Position numbers and translations under genes: made by a program
Part shown: positions 17,783-27,125 of the stretch, piece after piece
Numbering within the stretch: the stretch's first letter is position 1
How the letters are laid out: the number at the start of each line of letters is the position of its first letter
Notes under the pieces: generated by a model
What the model was told of the DNA's origin: nothing
What the model saw: only the letters and a program-made list of their open reading frames with translations
Database searches by the model: none
NCBI GenBank assembly: GCA_033763315.1
Contig: JANRKS010000020.1
Location: 32,001-96,000 of the forward strand
Direction of reading: 5' to 3'
DNA: 64,000 bases
From: Deltaproteobacteria bacterium
GTDB taxonomy: Bacteria > Myxococcota_A > Polyangia > Fen-1088

Positions 17783-19534
17783 TTACTTTGAAGAGGGATC
17801 GAAGATGGCGAAAAGTTGGCCACCCTCCACCAAGCCTGGATCTGCCGTGAAGGCATAATGAGCCTGGTCAACGGCTAAGAACCAGCCCTGGCCAAGGATC
17901 TCAGAAGCATCGATCATGCCCGAGGCCTCTTCATCGCGGGTGAGGAACATGGGCGCGCCTGGCGTGAACAGCAGGGGGTTGTGCGAAGCGATTTCCGTCA
18001 ACTTGTCGGTGGGGATGTCGTAGCGCCACGTCTTGCCAAGCGCGTCTTGTCCGCCGATGTCTTCTTGCAAGTAGACGTGCCCGAACTTATCGAGCGTGAT
18101 GTTGTCGAACATCTTTCCGCCTTCGGTGGCGCCATCGATCATCAAATCTAGCTTGGCACCCGCCGTTGGGTTTTTGACGTCGTTGAACCGCACGCGCCAC
18201 AGCCGTGTCGACGTTGTGTAGGATGAGGTTGTGACGAAGTAAAAGTCGTTGGGATTCTTGGGGTCCCATGCACCGTCCTCCGGACGCGCGAACTTGGAGA
18301 TGAGAAGCGCGTTGCTTTCGGTTTCGAGCTGGGCGCCTGTTTTATTGATGACAGAAGGCACTTCAACCAACTCGACGGGCGTGCCCGAGGGAATGCCAGC
18401 TGTTGGATCCTCAACCGGGAAACCCACAGCCTTCAGTCCGTAGAGCTTTCCGTTGGTCAAACCGGCCTTCTCGATGGCAGATCCCGTCGACGTTTTGTCG
18501 CCAACGTAGAAGTAGACTTGCCCGCCACCCGAATCGTCCAATCCCACCACAACGGTCTTGGCGCCGCTGGCAGGTGAAGCCACGGCGTTTTCCCACGAGA
18601 ACTTGCCAAGCGCAGGCAATTCATAGCTGTTGCCGTCCATCAGGTGCGCGAACCCCTTGCCCTCGTTGCCGGACTCTTCGCCATTCATGAAGATGCGGCC
18701 GTTGTAGCCAAGGCCGGAAGCGCCGTCGAAGAAGGCGGACAACTCAGGCAGATCCGCAGAGCAGAAGCGGCTGGCGGCGTACGTGCTTGGCACGTAAGCG
18801 TTCGTGGCTGTGTCCCAAAGGTAGACCTTCTTGATGAGATCCTCGCCTGAAAGAACCGTGAGGTCCGACTTGCGCACTGTCCACTTCGACACGAACGCAC
18901 CCTTGGCGCCGTGTGCGCGAACGGCACCCACGGTGTTTCCGATTTCGTGATTGATCAACCACGTGAACGTGCCGTCGCCATTGTCGAAGGCGCCGGTGCC
19001 ATCCACAAGGCCAGCAAGTTTGTAACCGCCCACCGCGTCGCCCACCGTCAACATTTCTTTGACGACCACGCCAGGCTCGGTTGGCACAACGTAAGGCAGC
19101 GGGCCGCTTTCGAAGTCCAAGCCAATCGAAAGGCGGCCGTTGCGGATGAGCTTCAAAAGCACCTTCACAATGTCGCTGCGGTCTACGCGCACGGGGACGG
19201 GCGCTTCGGTCAAGTAGGTGGGCACGCTGCTGGCGCTTACCGCCGCGCAGGCTCCCGCAAAAGCCTCTCCTGAGACTTGCACGATTCCGGCAGGAACGGC
19301 CGTGATGTTGAACGTGGCGTCAGCTCCGGGGCTGACGTCGAACGAACGTACGACCGTGCGCGCGCCCGCCACAGTGACGCGCACGCAAGTGGCGTCGCTG
19401 GGCACCTTCGTTAAAGCGACAGAGATTGTTCCGAGCTCTTCATCTTGAGCAACGGTGGTGGTGTTGCCACACGAAATGAGGCTGTTGCCGGCGAGGCCGG
19501 CGGCCAAAATCGAAGCGAGTGTTGTTTTTTTCAT
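17783..19534 (-). CDS. PhoX/DUF839-like secreted alkaline phosphatase (lipoprotein)
   Basis: LISC lipobox; INHE, RFCSA, NGEE, FSWENAV, RPEDG, DNI, LQED and EASG motifs. Confidence 0.7.
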   Translation of the reverse strand: MKKTTLASILAAGLAGNSLISCGNTTTVAQDEELGTISVALTKVPSDATCVRVTVAGARTVVRSFDVSPGADATFNITAVPAGIVQVSGEAFAGACAAVSASSVPTYLTEAPVPVRVDRSDIVKVLLKLIRNGRLSIGLDFESGPLPYVVPTEPGVVVKEMLTVGDAVGGYKLAGLVDGTGAFDNGDGTFTWLINHEIGNTVGAVRAHGAKGAFVSKWTVRKSDLTVLSGEDLIKKVYLWDTATNAYVPSTYAASRFCSADLPELSAFFDGASGLGYNGRIFMNGEESGNEGKGFAHLMDGNSYELPALGKFSWENAVASPASGAKTVVVGLDDSGGGQVYFYVGDKTSTGSAIEKAGLTNGKLYGLKAVGFPVEDPTAGIPSGTPVELVEVPSVINKTGAQLETESNALLISKFARPEDGAWDPKNPNDFYFVTTSSYTTSTRLWRVRFNDVKNPTAGAKLDLMIDGATEGGKMFDNITLDKFGHVYLQEDIGGQDALGKTWRYDIPTDKLTEIASHNPLLFTPGAPMFLTRDEEASGMIDASEILGQGWFLAVDQAHYAFTADPGLVEGGQLFAIFDPSSK

Positions 19535-19694
19535 TGGGTCGAGATTCTCCTCACCCTGTGTTTACCGGCACCGGCGGTTGCCTGCGTCACAAGTGCTCGA
19601 CTATTGAATCCCTCGCCTGTGACAGCATTTGCCGCCACCGCAACACCTGTGCAACGGGGCGTGCGTGTCTACGTTTTCCGGTTAGTTTTCCGCC

Positions 19695-20789
19695 GTGAGA
19701 ATCATCTTCCTCATGGCCGGCCTAACGTTGGCGGCGGCTTGCGACGCGCGACCCACGGCAACGTTGTTGCCGGCGGATCCAGTGGATCGTCCAGATTCTG
19801 TCTTGCGCTTGGCTACACCCGCCGAACAAGCACGCTTTGACGAAGGCGACACTTTGTTCGAGGTCACGATGCGCGAAGCTGATGGCTTAGGCCCCAAGTT
19901 CTTGCAACGGGCCTGTGCGAGTTGCCACCGTGACGATGGCCGCGGCCCCGCCTTCGTAATCAAAACGTCGCCGTCAAAGCGCGTGTCGCGACGCTTGCCT
20001 CCCGCTGTTTATGGGCGTGGCTATCTTGAAGCCATCGCTGATGAAGAGATTGAGACGCTGGCAATGCAGGCGAAGGGAAGGCGCAATGGCATCGGTGGGC
20101 GCATTCACCGCGTTCGCTACGGCGCGGAACTGAACACCGACAAACGATATCACTCGTACGCACCAGGCACCGGATCGCCAGCGCTGATCGGCCGGTTTGG
20201 CGTCAAGGCGCGCATTGCCACGCTTGACGAGTTTGCGGCGGATGCTCTGCAGAACGACATGGGGCTGACCAGTCCTTTGCGTCCACACGAGCCGCTTGGC
20301 GCCGGCGACGACGGGAAGCCCGGCGTGGACCTCAGCATAGATCGCGTCAATGCGCTGGCTGAGTACACCAGGTTGCTTGAGATACCTCCGCGCGCCGTAC
20401 CCAACCCACGTGGAACCGCTCTGTTCGATTCATGTCACTGCAGCACGTGCCATGTGCCTCGGCTCAAGACCCGCGTTGATTACCCCATCAAGGCTTTGGC
20501 CGGCATTGAGGCCCCTGTGTTTACGGATCTGCTGTTGCACGACATGGGCGAGGCAATGTCGGATGGCATCACTGAAGGTGAGGCGGGGCCGCGTGAGTTT
20601 AGAACCACGCCGCTTATGGGACTGCGCTTTTATCCGGCCTTTCTCCACGATGGCCGCGCGGCATCGGTAACCGAAGCGATACGGGCCCATGGCGCCGTTG
20701 GCTCGGAAGCCACAATATCGGCGACTTCCTTTGAGGCGCTGCCGCCTGATGATCAACAACAACTGGTGCGGTATGTGGAATCCCTTTAG
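19695..20789 (+). CDS. Di-heme oxidoreductase (DHOR) family lipoprotein
   Basis: DGLGP, CASCH and CSTCH heme motifs, GRFG.KA, TDLLLHDMG, EFRTTPLMG, FLHDGRA. Confidence 0.88.
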   Translation: MRIIFLMAGLTLAAACDARPTATLLPADPVDRPDSVLRLATPAEQARFDEGDTLFEVTMREADGLGPKFLQRACASCHRDDGRGPAFVIKTSPSKRVSRRLPPAVYGRGYLEAIADEEIETLAMQAKGRRNGIGGRIHRVRYGAELNTDKRYHSYAPGTGSPALIGRFGVKARIATLDEFAADALQNDMGLTSPLRPHEPLGAGDDGKPGVDLSIDRVNALAEYTRLLEIPPRAVPNPRGTALFDSCHCSTCHVPRLKTRVDYPIKALAGIEAPVFTDLLLHDMGEAMSDGITEGEAGPREFRTTPLMGLRFYPAFLHDGRAASVTEAIRAHGAVGSEATISATSFEALPPDDQQQLVRYVESL

Positions 20790-21807
20790 CCGCACGTTGT
20801 GTTGTTTCGCCTGCTTTGCTGCGCTGGCCGGCTGCAAACGTCAGGAGGACAAACACTCGGCGTTTCACGCACAGGCCACCACGCGGCTCAAGCAGCATCT
20901 TGCGGCAACCGTGAATGACTGGGTGGCGGCCAGCGTTGCCTTGCACGACGCTGCGCCCGTTGGCAACGAACACGGATGGGCGGGGGAGGGGGACGCGCTT
21001 GCACGTATGAAGAAGGCCTGGACCGAGGCGCGACGCGCCTATGAGCTTGTTGAAGGCGCCCTGGCGCCGCTGTTCCCGGAATCTGATGTGGCTACGGACA
21101 GCCGCTACGAGGATTTCCTGGTTCGCAGCGGGGGTGCGATCGATTCCAACATGTTTGATGACGTGGGCGTGGTGGGCATGCATGCCATCGAACGCATTCT
21201 TTGGGCCGATGCCATCGCGCCCTCGGTGCTTGCGTATGAACAAACGTTGCCAGGCTTCGTAAAAGCCGCGCAGCCGGCCACGATGCAAGAAGCCGCTGAC
21301 TTTAAAGCGAAACTGGTGGCCAAACTCGTCGCCGATACGCAGGCGCTGCGTACACAACTGCAGCCATTGCAGCCTGACATCGCGTTTGTGTACCGAGGCC
21401 TGCTTGATCTGGTCCGGGAACAAGTTGAAAAGGTGGATAAGATGGCCAGCGGCGAGGAAGAGTCGCGGTACGCGCAGACGACGATGGCCGATCTGTCTGC
21501 AAACCTCGAGGGGACGTGGGCTGCGTACAACATTCTCGCGCCATGGCTGCGCGACGAAGATCCCGCCAGCCACGCGCAGATCACGGAGGCGTTCGCAGCC
21601 CTGCAAAGCACGTACGCTGAGTATAAGACGATGCCGATGCCACCGCCGGGCTGGAGCAGCCTTGATCCCTCAGCGGCCGCGCTGGCCACGCCGTTTGGCA
21701 AATTATTCTCCACAACGAGACAAGCGGCGGATCCCAAGGCCCCAGGCTCGCTGGTGGCGCTGTTGCGCGCAGCCGCGCCGAAGCTGGGGCTGCCCGAGAT
21801 GCCATGA
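20773..21807 (+). CDS. Imelysin/EfeM-like iron-binding lipoprotein
   Basis: LAGC lipobox, AWTEARRAYELVEG, GMHAIERILW (HxxE), EEESRYA..T.ADL..NLEG; ATG 20773. Confidence 0.8.
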   Translation: MWNPFSRTLCCFACFAALAGCKRQEDKHSAFHAQATTRLKQHLAATVNDWVAASVALHDAAPVGNEHGWAGEGDALARMKKAWTEARRAYELVEGALAPLFPESDVATDSRYEDFLVRSGGAIDSNMFDDVGVVGMHAIERILWADAIAPSVLAYEQTLPGFVKAAQPATMQEAADFKAKLVAKLVADTQALRTQLQPLQPDIAFVYRGLLDLVREQVEKVDKMASGEEESRYAQTTMADLSANLEGTWAAYNILAPWLRDEDPASHAQITEAFAALQSTYAEYKTMPMPPPGWSSLDPSAAALATPFGKLFSTTRQAADPKAPGSLVALLRAAAPKLGLPEMP

Positions 21808-22355
21808 GGCGTTCACTTTTATGGGCCCTGTGTGGCGTGCCCTTGCTGTTTGGCTGCAAAGAGGCGCCTGCCCCACGTCAGCTGCCGGCACTCGCGCCAG
21901 GGCAATCGTTCATCGCGTTTGAACGGGACTTCGCAGGCTTTCGCGATTGGGCACGCGTGCCTGTGCCTAAGGAAGCCCGTGCCGCCGGAATCACTCACAC
22001 CGCGGGACGGCGCAACGAATGGATCAACGTTAAGCCGCCCAAGCACGCAAGCGTCTTTCCCGTCGGGACAATCCTCATCAAGGAAATCGAAGCGGGCATG
22101 CCCGAAAATCACAAAATCTTCGCTATGGTTAAGCGGGGCGGCGGCTACAACCCTGAGGGAGCCAAAGGCTGGGAGTGGTTTGAGCTGTTTGAGCGTTCCA
22201 CGGGCGAACTTGGCATCCAATGGCGAGGCATCAATGCGCCGGTGGGTGAATCCTATGGTAGCGGTGATCCCTTTGGCGGCTGCAACGGGTGCCACGAGAC
22301 CGCCCAATCAAACGATTACGTGAAGGCAGAGGCGGCAAGTCTGCAGCGCCTTTGA
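21804..22355 (+). CDS. Cytochrome P460-like monoheme lipoprotein
   Basis: FPVGTILIKE, FAMVKR, GWEWF, C-terminal CNGCH...DYV; LFGC lipobox. Confidence 0.7.
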   Translation: MRRSLLWALCGVPLLFGCKEAPAPRQLPALAPGQSFIAFERDFAGFRDWARVPVPKEARAAGITHTAGRRNEWINVKPPKHASVFPVGTILIKEIEAGMPENHKIFAMVKRGGGYNPEGAKGWEWFELFERSTGELGIQWRGINAPVGESYGSGDPFGGCNGCHETAQSNDYVKAEAASLQRL

Positions 22356-22425
22356 TGCGGCTGCTGTCGCCTGGTCGTTTAGGCGCGTTTGCGTCTTAGA
22401 GTACGTCGCTGCAATGATCAAGTGC

Positions 22426-22887
22426 CTAACGCCCCGACGGGCTCAGGTGATCCAACGGCGTGCCATCTGCTTGCGCACGCCTTTGTTGCAGCCACTTCGC
22501 CGCCGATTGCGCCGCCGACGCCAGACCCATCGGTGCGTTTTGCTGCGACCATGCCGACAACGTCGTCTCCGACAAGGCTCGCACGCGCGCGTCAGCATCG
22601 AACAAAGCGAGGTGTCGCAGCAGGTGCACCGTGTCGGGGTGTTTGATCCGCGACATCACCTCAACCAACCGAAGGCGGCCATCTGGCTTTGCAGAATGCA
22701 ACGCCGTTTCGATTTGAGGCAGCGCGCGCAAACCATGGTTCACCAGCGCGGCGGCCGCCGGCGGCACGAACGCATCGTCACGGTTCACCACCACGTGGAT
22801 GTTGCCGTGAATGTCTTTGTGAACGTCGCCTTCACAGGCAGCCACCGTCAAGACAGCCAGCAAGCTTATGCGGGCTAAGCCAAACAA
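22426..22887 (-). CDS. Hypothetical HEAT-repeat-like lipoprotein
   Basis: VAAC lipobox; helical ALPQIETAL...DADARVRA pattern; start uncertain. Confidence 0.5.
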   Translation of the reverse strand: MFGLARISLLAVLTVAACEGDVHKDIHGNIHVVVNRDDAFVPPAAAALVNHGLRALPQIETALHSAKPDGRLRLVEVMSRIKHPDTVHLLRHLALFDADARVRALSETTLSAWSQQNAPMGLASAAQSAAKWLQQRRAQADGTPLDHLSPSGR

Positions 22888-23963
22888 AGTTCTTCCGCCT
22901 CGACGCGCTCGCCGTTGCGGCGGCTGTGGCGCGCCATTGATTTTTTCAAAGGGTCAGCGGGCTCCACATAGATATCGTCGCCCAACCCGCGCAGCTTCTC
23001 GAAGAAGCTTTCACCAAGGTCAATCAATGCGGCGGGCGACGTGTGTGCGAAAGCCGCCTGGCGCAAATGAGCGCCACCATGCAGCCCCTTTGAGTACCAC
23101 GCCAAAGTTTTGCGCAGCTCGTGCAGCACCATGCGAGGAGGGCTGTGCTCTTGCACCAAGGCCGCGTGGCGCGACCACACGGTTTGTCGCTCTTGCAGTG
23201 TGGGCTCGCCTGGATCTTCTTCGCCTTGCTCCAGCGCCAACAGCGAGCGGAAGATCCAAGGGTTGCCGCGCGAGCCGCGTCCGATCATCACGCCATCACA
23301 GTTGGTGACGGACTTCATACGCTGGTAATCGGCCACCGTTTTCACATCGCCGTTGCCCAACAGCGGGATCTCTTTCGGCAGCCGGTGACGCACTTGCGCG
23401 ATGGGCTCAAGCTGCGCGTCGCCCGCAAACCCTTGCGCACGCGTTCGGCCATGCACGGTGATCATCGCTGCACCCGCGTCCACCATTTGCAATGCAAACT
23501 CAGGCGCGTTGATGCTGCACTCATCCCACCCCAAACGGTGTTTCACCGTCACGGGAATGTGGCTCGATAAGGCCGCGCGCACGGATCTGACCAGCGTTGC
23601 CGCCAAATCAGGTTCACGCATCAGCGCTGAGCCACACAGGCCTGAAACGACCTTCTTGGCCGGACACCCCATGTTGATGTCCACGATGGACGCGCCCGCT
23701 TGCTCTGCCATACGCGCCGCCGCCGCCAAACTTTGCGGATCGCGCCCAAAAATCTGCACCACGAAGGCGCGGTTTTCGTAGCTTGGCCACATGCGGCTGA
23801 CGGCTTTTTCGGCACCGCGAGTCAAAGCTTCCGCTGAGAGGAACTCAGTGAACGTGATCGAAGCGCCTTGCTCTTCGCACACCGTGCGGAACGAAAGATC
23901 GGTCACCGCCTCCATAGGAGCCAAGACAAGGCCTGGTCCCAGATCAACATTGCCGACGCGCAT
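22875..23963 (-). CDS. dusB: tRNA-dihydrouridine synthase B family
   Basis: LAPMEAVTD, DINMGCP, TVKHRLGWD, TVHGRT, GNGDV, VMIGRG. Confidence 0.9.
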   Translation of the reverse strand: MRVGNVDLGPGLVLAPMEAVTDLSFRTVCEEQGASITFTEFLSAEALTRGAEKAVSRMWPSYENRAFVVQIFGRDPQSLAAAARMAEQAGASIVDINMGCPAKKVVSGLCGSALMREPDLAATLVRSVRAALSSHIPVTVKHRLGWDECSINAPEFALQMVDAGAAMITVHGRTRAQGFAGDAQLEPIAQVRHRLPKEIPLLGNGDVKTVADYQRMKSVTNCDGVMIGRGSRGNPWIFRSLLALEQGEEDPGEPTLQERQTVWSRHAALVQEHSPPRMVLHELRKTLAWYSKGLHGGAHLRQAAFAHTSPAALIDLGESFFEKLRGLGDDIYVEPADPLKKSMARHSRRNGERVEAEELCLA

Positions 23964-24017
23964 AAGGCGCCCAGTATACGGGACGCCCCCAAGCGGCGCC
24001 GCCGCAAAACCTGGGCC

Positions 24018-25355
24018 TCAAAACACTGTGATGGTCGCGGTCCCCGTGACGCCGTCAAAAACGCCACTAATGGTGGCTTTGCCCGCCGACACCGCCGTGG
24101 CTTGGCCGCGCGACATCACGGCCACCACCGCGGTATCCAGGCTGGAAAACCGCGTTTGGTCGGTGACGATGCGGCTGGTGCCATCGGAGAAGAACGCCGT
24201 GGCTGTGTATTGCAAGCGTGTGCCGCGCGGCACCTCGGTCTCCACGGGCGTCAGTCGCAGTAGCGCAACGGTCAGGTCGCGGCAGGTGAGCGTGCCAGAC
24301 GTTGAAAAGCCGTCGAAGGACGCAACAACCATCGTTTCGCCGATGCCTCGGCATGTGGCTTGCCCCCGCTCAACCGTGGCCACAAGTGGGTTGGTCGCGA
24401 GCCAAACCCCCGCATTTGTGACGTTGCGCTGGGTGCCGTCGTTAAACAGCGCGGTGGCCCTAAACGACACCGTTTCACCCACGCGACGTGCGGCATCTGG
24501 CGGTTCGAGAACAAGTGACAAGCGCGCGTCTTGCGTGACGTTGATGACCGCCGCGGCCTCTTGGCCCGACATCTTGGCCAGGATTTTGGCGGTGCCCACC
24601 GCCTGTCCCAACGCCAGTCCAGGAACGTCCAGGTGGTTGACGGCGGCCACCTCGGGAGCGGTGCTGGTCCACGTGACGTCCGCCGTAACGTCGCGCTGTT
24701 GCCCCGACGCGAAGATCCCTAAGGCGAAGAACTGCACCACACCGGCTGTGTTGATCGTGGTTTCAGTGGGGCGCAGAGACAATGCCGTGAGTGTGTCGGC
24801 CGTGACGCGCACTGTGGCCGTCGCCTTTTGGCCCATGAACTCGGCCACCACCCGCGCCTCCCCCACGAGGACGCCCGTGATGCGGCCAGGGCGGTTCGGC
24901 ACGGTGGCCGCGATCATCGACTCAACGAACCACGTCGCCATGTTGGTCACGTCGCGGCTAGGGGCATCCGGAAAAGCCAGCGAAACCCTCAATTGAACGC
25001 TTTGCCCCACTGTGACAGAGGACGAAGCCGGGTCGATAACGAGCTTGCCTGCCACGCTCCCTCCCGCGCCGCCCAACCCACCCCGGCCACCCACCACAAC
25101 GCCGCCCCCTGCGCCGCCGCGGGCGCCGGACCCGCCGGTGCCACCGCGGGCGCCAAACCCGCCGGTGCCAGGCGCGCCGCCACCGGCAAAGAATCCGCCT
25201 TCGCCCCCCTCGTCCAACCCTCCCGGGCCCCCCACGTCGCCCTCTGGGCCTAAAGACGTGCGTCCGCAGGCCGTGGCGATGAACGCCAACAAAATCAAGG
25301 TGGCGGGTGCGGCCCCCGAACCACTTAACCACCGGCAACGCGTAATCTCGTGCAT
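24018..25355 (-). CDS. Lipoprotein with a Gly-rich linker and four Ig-like (Big_2) repeats
   Basis: ATAC lipobox; repeated F.DG..RDVT...W.S..P.VA.V pattern. Confidence 0.8.
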   Translation of the reverse strand: MHEITRCRWLSGSGAAPATLILLAFIATACGRTSLGPEGDVGGPGGLDEGGEGGFFAGGGAPGTGGFGARGGTGGSGARGGAGGGVVVGGRGGLGGAGGSVAGKLVIDPASSSVTVGQSVQLRVSLAFPDAPSRDVTNMATWFVESMIAATVPNRPGRITGVLVGEARVVAEFMGQKATATVRVTADTLTALSLRPTETTINTAGVVQFFALGIFASGQQRDVTADVTWTSTAPEVAAVNHLDVPGLALGQAVGTAKILAKMSGQEAAAVINVTQDARLSLVLEPPDAARRVGETVSFRATALFNDGTQRNVTNAGVWLATNPLVATVERGQATCRGIGETMVVASFDGFSTSGTLTCRDLTVALLRLTPVETEVPRGTRLQYTATAFFSDGTSRIVTDQTRFSSLDTAVVAVMSRGQATAVSAGKATISGVFDGVTGTATITVF

Positions 25356-25419
25356 AAGAAACTCCCGCGGTGGAACAGCCGCGTGTGGCTCATGATGTCG
25401 CAGGCGCGGCGCAAGAGCA

Positions 25420-26142
25420 ATGAATCCGTCGGCCTTGCTGCCTTGCCCCTGCTACGCTCGGCTAACGATGCCCAGCCCGGCCGAACGCTTTCGGATGCGC
25501 GCCAAAGCCCGCAAAAGCTCGTTGCCCGGCAGCGACGGTCCGTTCGCTTCGTTCCTCGAACGGCACAAAGAGCGCGAGCAGCGGGAGCGTCGCAAACGCC
25601 GCATCTTCTTGGCCTCCTTGGCGGTGCACGTTGTGGTGTTTAGCGTAGTGTTTCTGCTATCGGCGTGGAAGGTCGACGAACTTTTTGGCCGCCGCGTCGA
25701 GGTGAGTGTGGTGCCTGCGAGCCAAGGCGAGGGCCAAGGAGCGGATGGCAAACCAAAGCACACCAATCCCACCAACATCAGCCGCGCCCTGGGCCTGCGG
25801 CTGGTGGTGACGCCGGGGGGCTCGCGCACGGAGCCGCGCGGCGACACGTCGCCCGTCTCTCCCGAAGTGCTGCAACAACTGCAACCTTTGGTGCTGAACA
25901 AGTTGCTGCCTGCGCTCACATATCCAGCGCTTGCCAAAGATCAGCAATTGCGCGGAGCCGTAACCGTGCTTGTCGACGTGGACGACGCAGGCAAAGCCAC
26001 CGCGCTTGACGTAAAGCTGCCTTGCTCGAACACCTTGCTGTGCCAAGCCACCAAAGACGCTGTCGCGCAACTTAAGGGATGGCCCAGCGCCAGCTTGGGT
26101 GTTCGCTCGTTTGCTGTGCCCGTCGACTACCGCTTCGAATAG
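25420..26142 (+). CDS. TonB C-terminal domain (energy transducer) protein
   Basis: SLAVH TM motif, YPALAKDQQLRGAVTV.VDVDDAG, VPVDYRF; start uncertain. Confidence 0.7.
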   Translation: MNPSALLPCPCYARLTMPSPAERFRMRAKARKSSLPGSDGPFASFLERHKEREQRERRKRRIFLASLAVHVVVFSVVFLLSAWKVDELFGRRVEVSVVPASQGEGQGADGKPKHTNPTNISRALGLRLVVTPGGSRTEPRGDTSPVSPEVLQQLQPLVLNKLLPALTYPALAKDQQLRGAVTVLVDVDDAGKATALDVKLPCSNTLLCQATKDAVAQLKGWPSASLGVRSFAVPVDYRFE

Positions 26143-26150
26143 CGTTTGCG

Positions 26151-27116
26151 CTAGCGCACGCAGCGCACCCAATGGGCTTCGCTCATGCCCGCTTCTTCAG
26201 TGGTGCCGTCGCGCACGTCGACGAATACGTAGTTCATCAATCCGGATTTGTTGACGGGCGTCGCCGTCCAGAACAGCGCCGCGGGCGTGTTGGGAAAAAG
26301 CGCCGCATCGATCGCCGGCTGTTGCTTCGTTTCGTCCACAATTGTTTGCAGCTCTTTGGTTGAAGGCAACCGCCACCCATTCTTCAAACCGGCGCAATAG
26401 TCCTTCGCAGACTCCCACACGAGCTCTTGATCCAAGATGTTGCGTTGCCACGTCAGCAGTGTGTTTCGATCAAACACAGTTGCGCTTGTGATGTCATAAC
26501 GAGGCAGCACGCCCGGGCCACCCCCGCGCACACAGCGCACATGCCCGCTGGGGCCGGCGGTTTGCCCAAACGCCGTGAGCCCTGCACCGAAGTAAACGCT
26601 GAACGCATACACCGTTCCGTTGGCCGTAGGCGAAGACGACCAGAAATAATCGTTGGCTGTGTTGGGAAACGCTTCCTGATCAATGCTGGGCAAGCGCGTA
26701 AAATCAACCAGGGATACAAGCTCAATGCGGCTTGGTACACGCCAATCGCCGCGACCTTCGAGCTCAAGCTCCTCGCAATATTGTTTGGCGTCGGCCCACG
26801 TTTTCTTTTCCGTAAATCCCCGCTGCCACGTCAACCCGGATGTGGTCTCTGTCGCGGTCGCCGCCGTCAGCACATACGTGGCTGTGGCCGACGAAGGCAC
26901 GCCGGGCGGGCTCGGCATGCGCCACGTGGCATACGTCAATGGGGGGCAGGGCAAAGGAGCGTTGGCGCCGCAAACGCTCAGCGTGTCAACACTGGCATCG
27001 GCGGCCACAGCGTCAACCGAAGCATCGGTGTTGCCTGCATCGACCACAGCGTCCTGATCGTCGTGACACGCCGCCACGGCGAGCGCCGCAAACCACAAGC
27101 GTCGCGCTCCTGTCAT
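26151..27116 (-). CDS. Lipoprotein with two DUF1566 (Lcl C-terminal-like) domains
   Basis: Duplicated TGL.WQR...W..AK.YC...WR.PS..EL..FWS...VRCVR. Confidence 0.85.
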   Translation of the reverse strand: MTGARRLWFAALAVAACHDDQDAVVDAGNTDASVDAVAADASVDTLSVCGANAPLPCPPLTYATWRMPSPPGVPSSATATYVLTAATATETTSGLTWQRGFTEKKTWADAKQYCEELELEGRGDWRVPSRIELVSLVDFTRLPSIDQEAFPNTANDYFWSSSPTANGTVYAFSVYFGAGLTAFGQTAGPSGHVRCVRGGGPGVLPRYDITSATVFDRNTLLTWQRNILDQELVWESAKDYCAGLKNGWRLPSTKELQTIVDETKQQPAIDAALFPNTPAALFWTATPVNKSGLMNYVFVDVRDGTTEEAGMSEAHWVRCVR

Positions 27117-27125
27117 ACCTACGTC

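Noticed and set aside
19535-19694. Pho or Fur boxes between the PhoX-like and di-heme genes
   Set aside because: Only isolated TGTCAC-like half-sites without convincing 11-bp periodicity; no Fur-like palindrome.
23791-24996. Long antisense ORFs (this 401-aa one, and others such as 26427-27404 and 20614-21606)
   Set aside because: Shadow frames of well-supported genes on the opposite strand, as expected in high-GC DNA.
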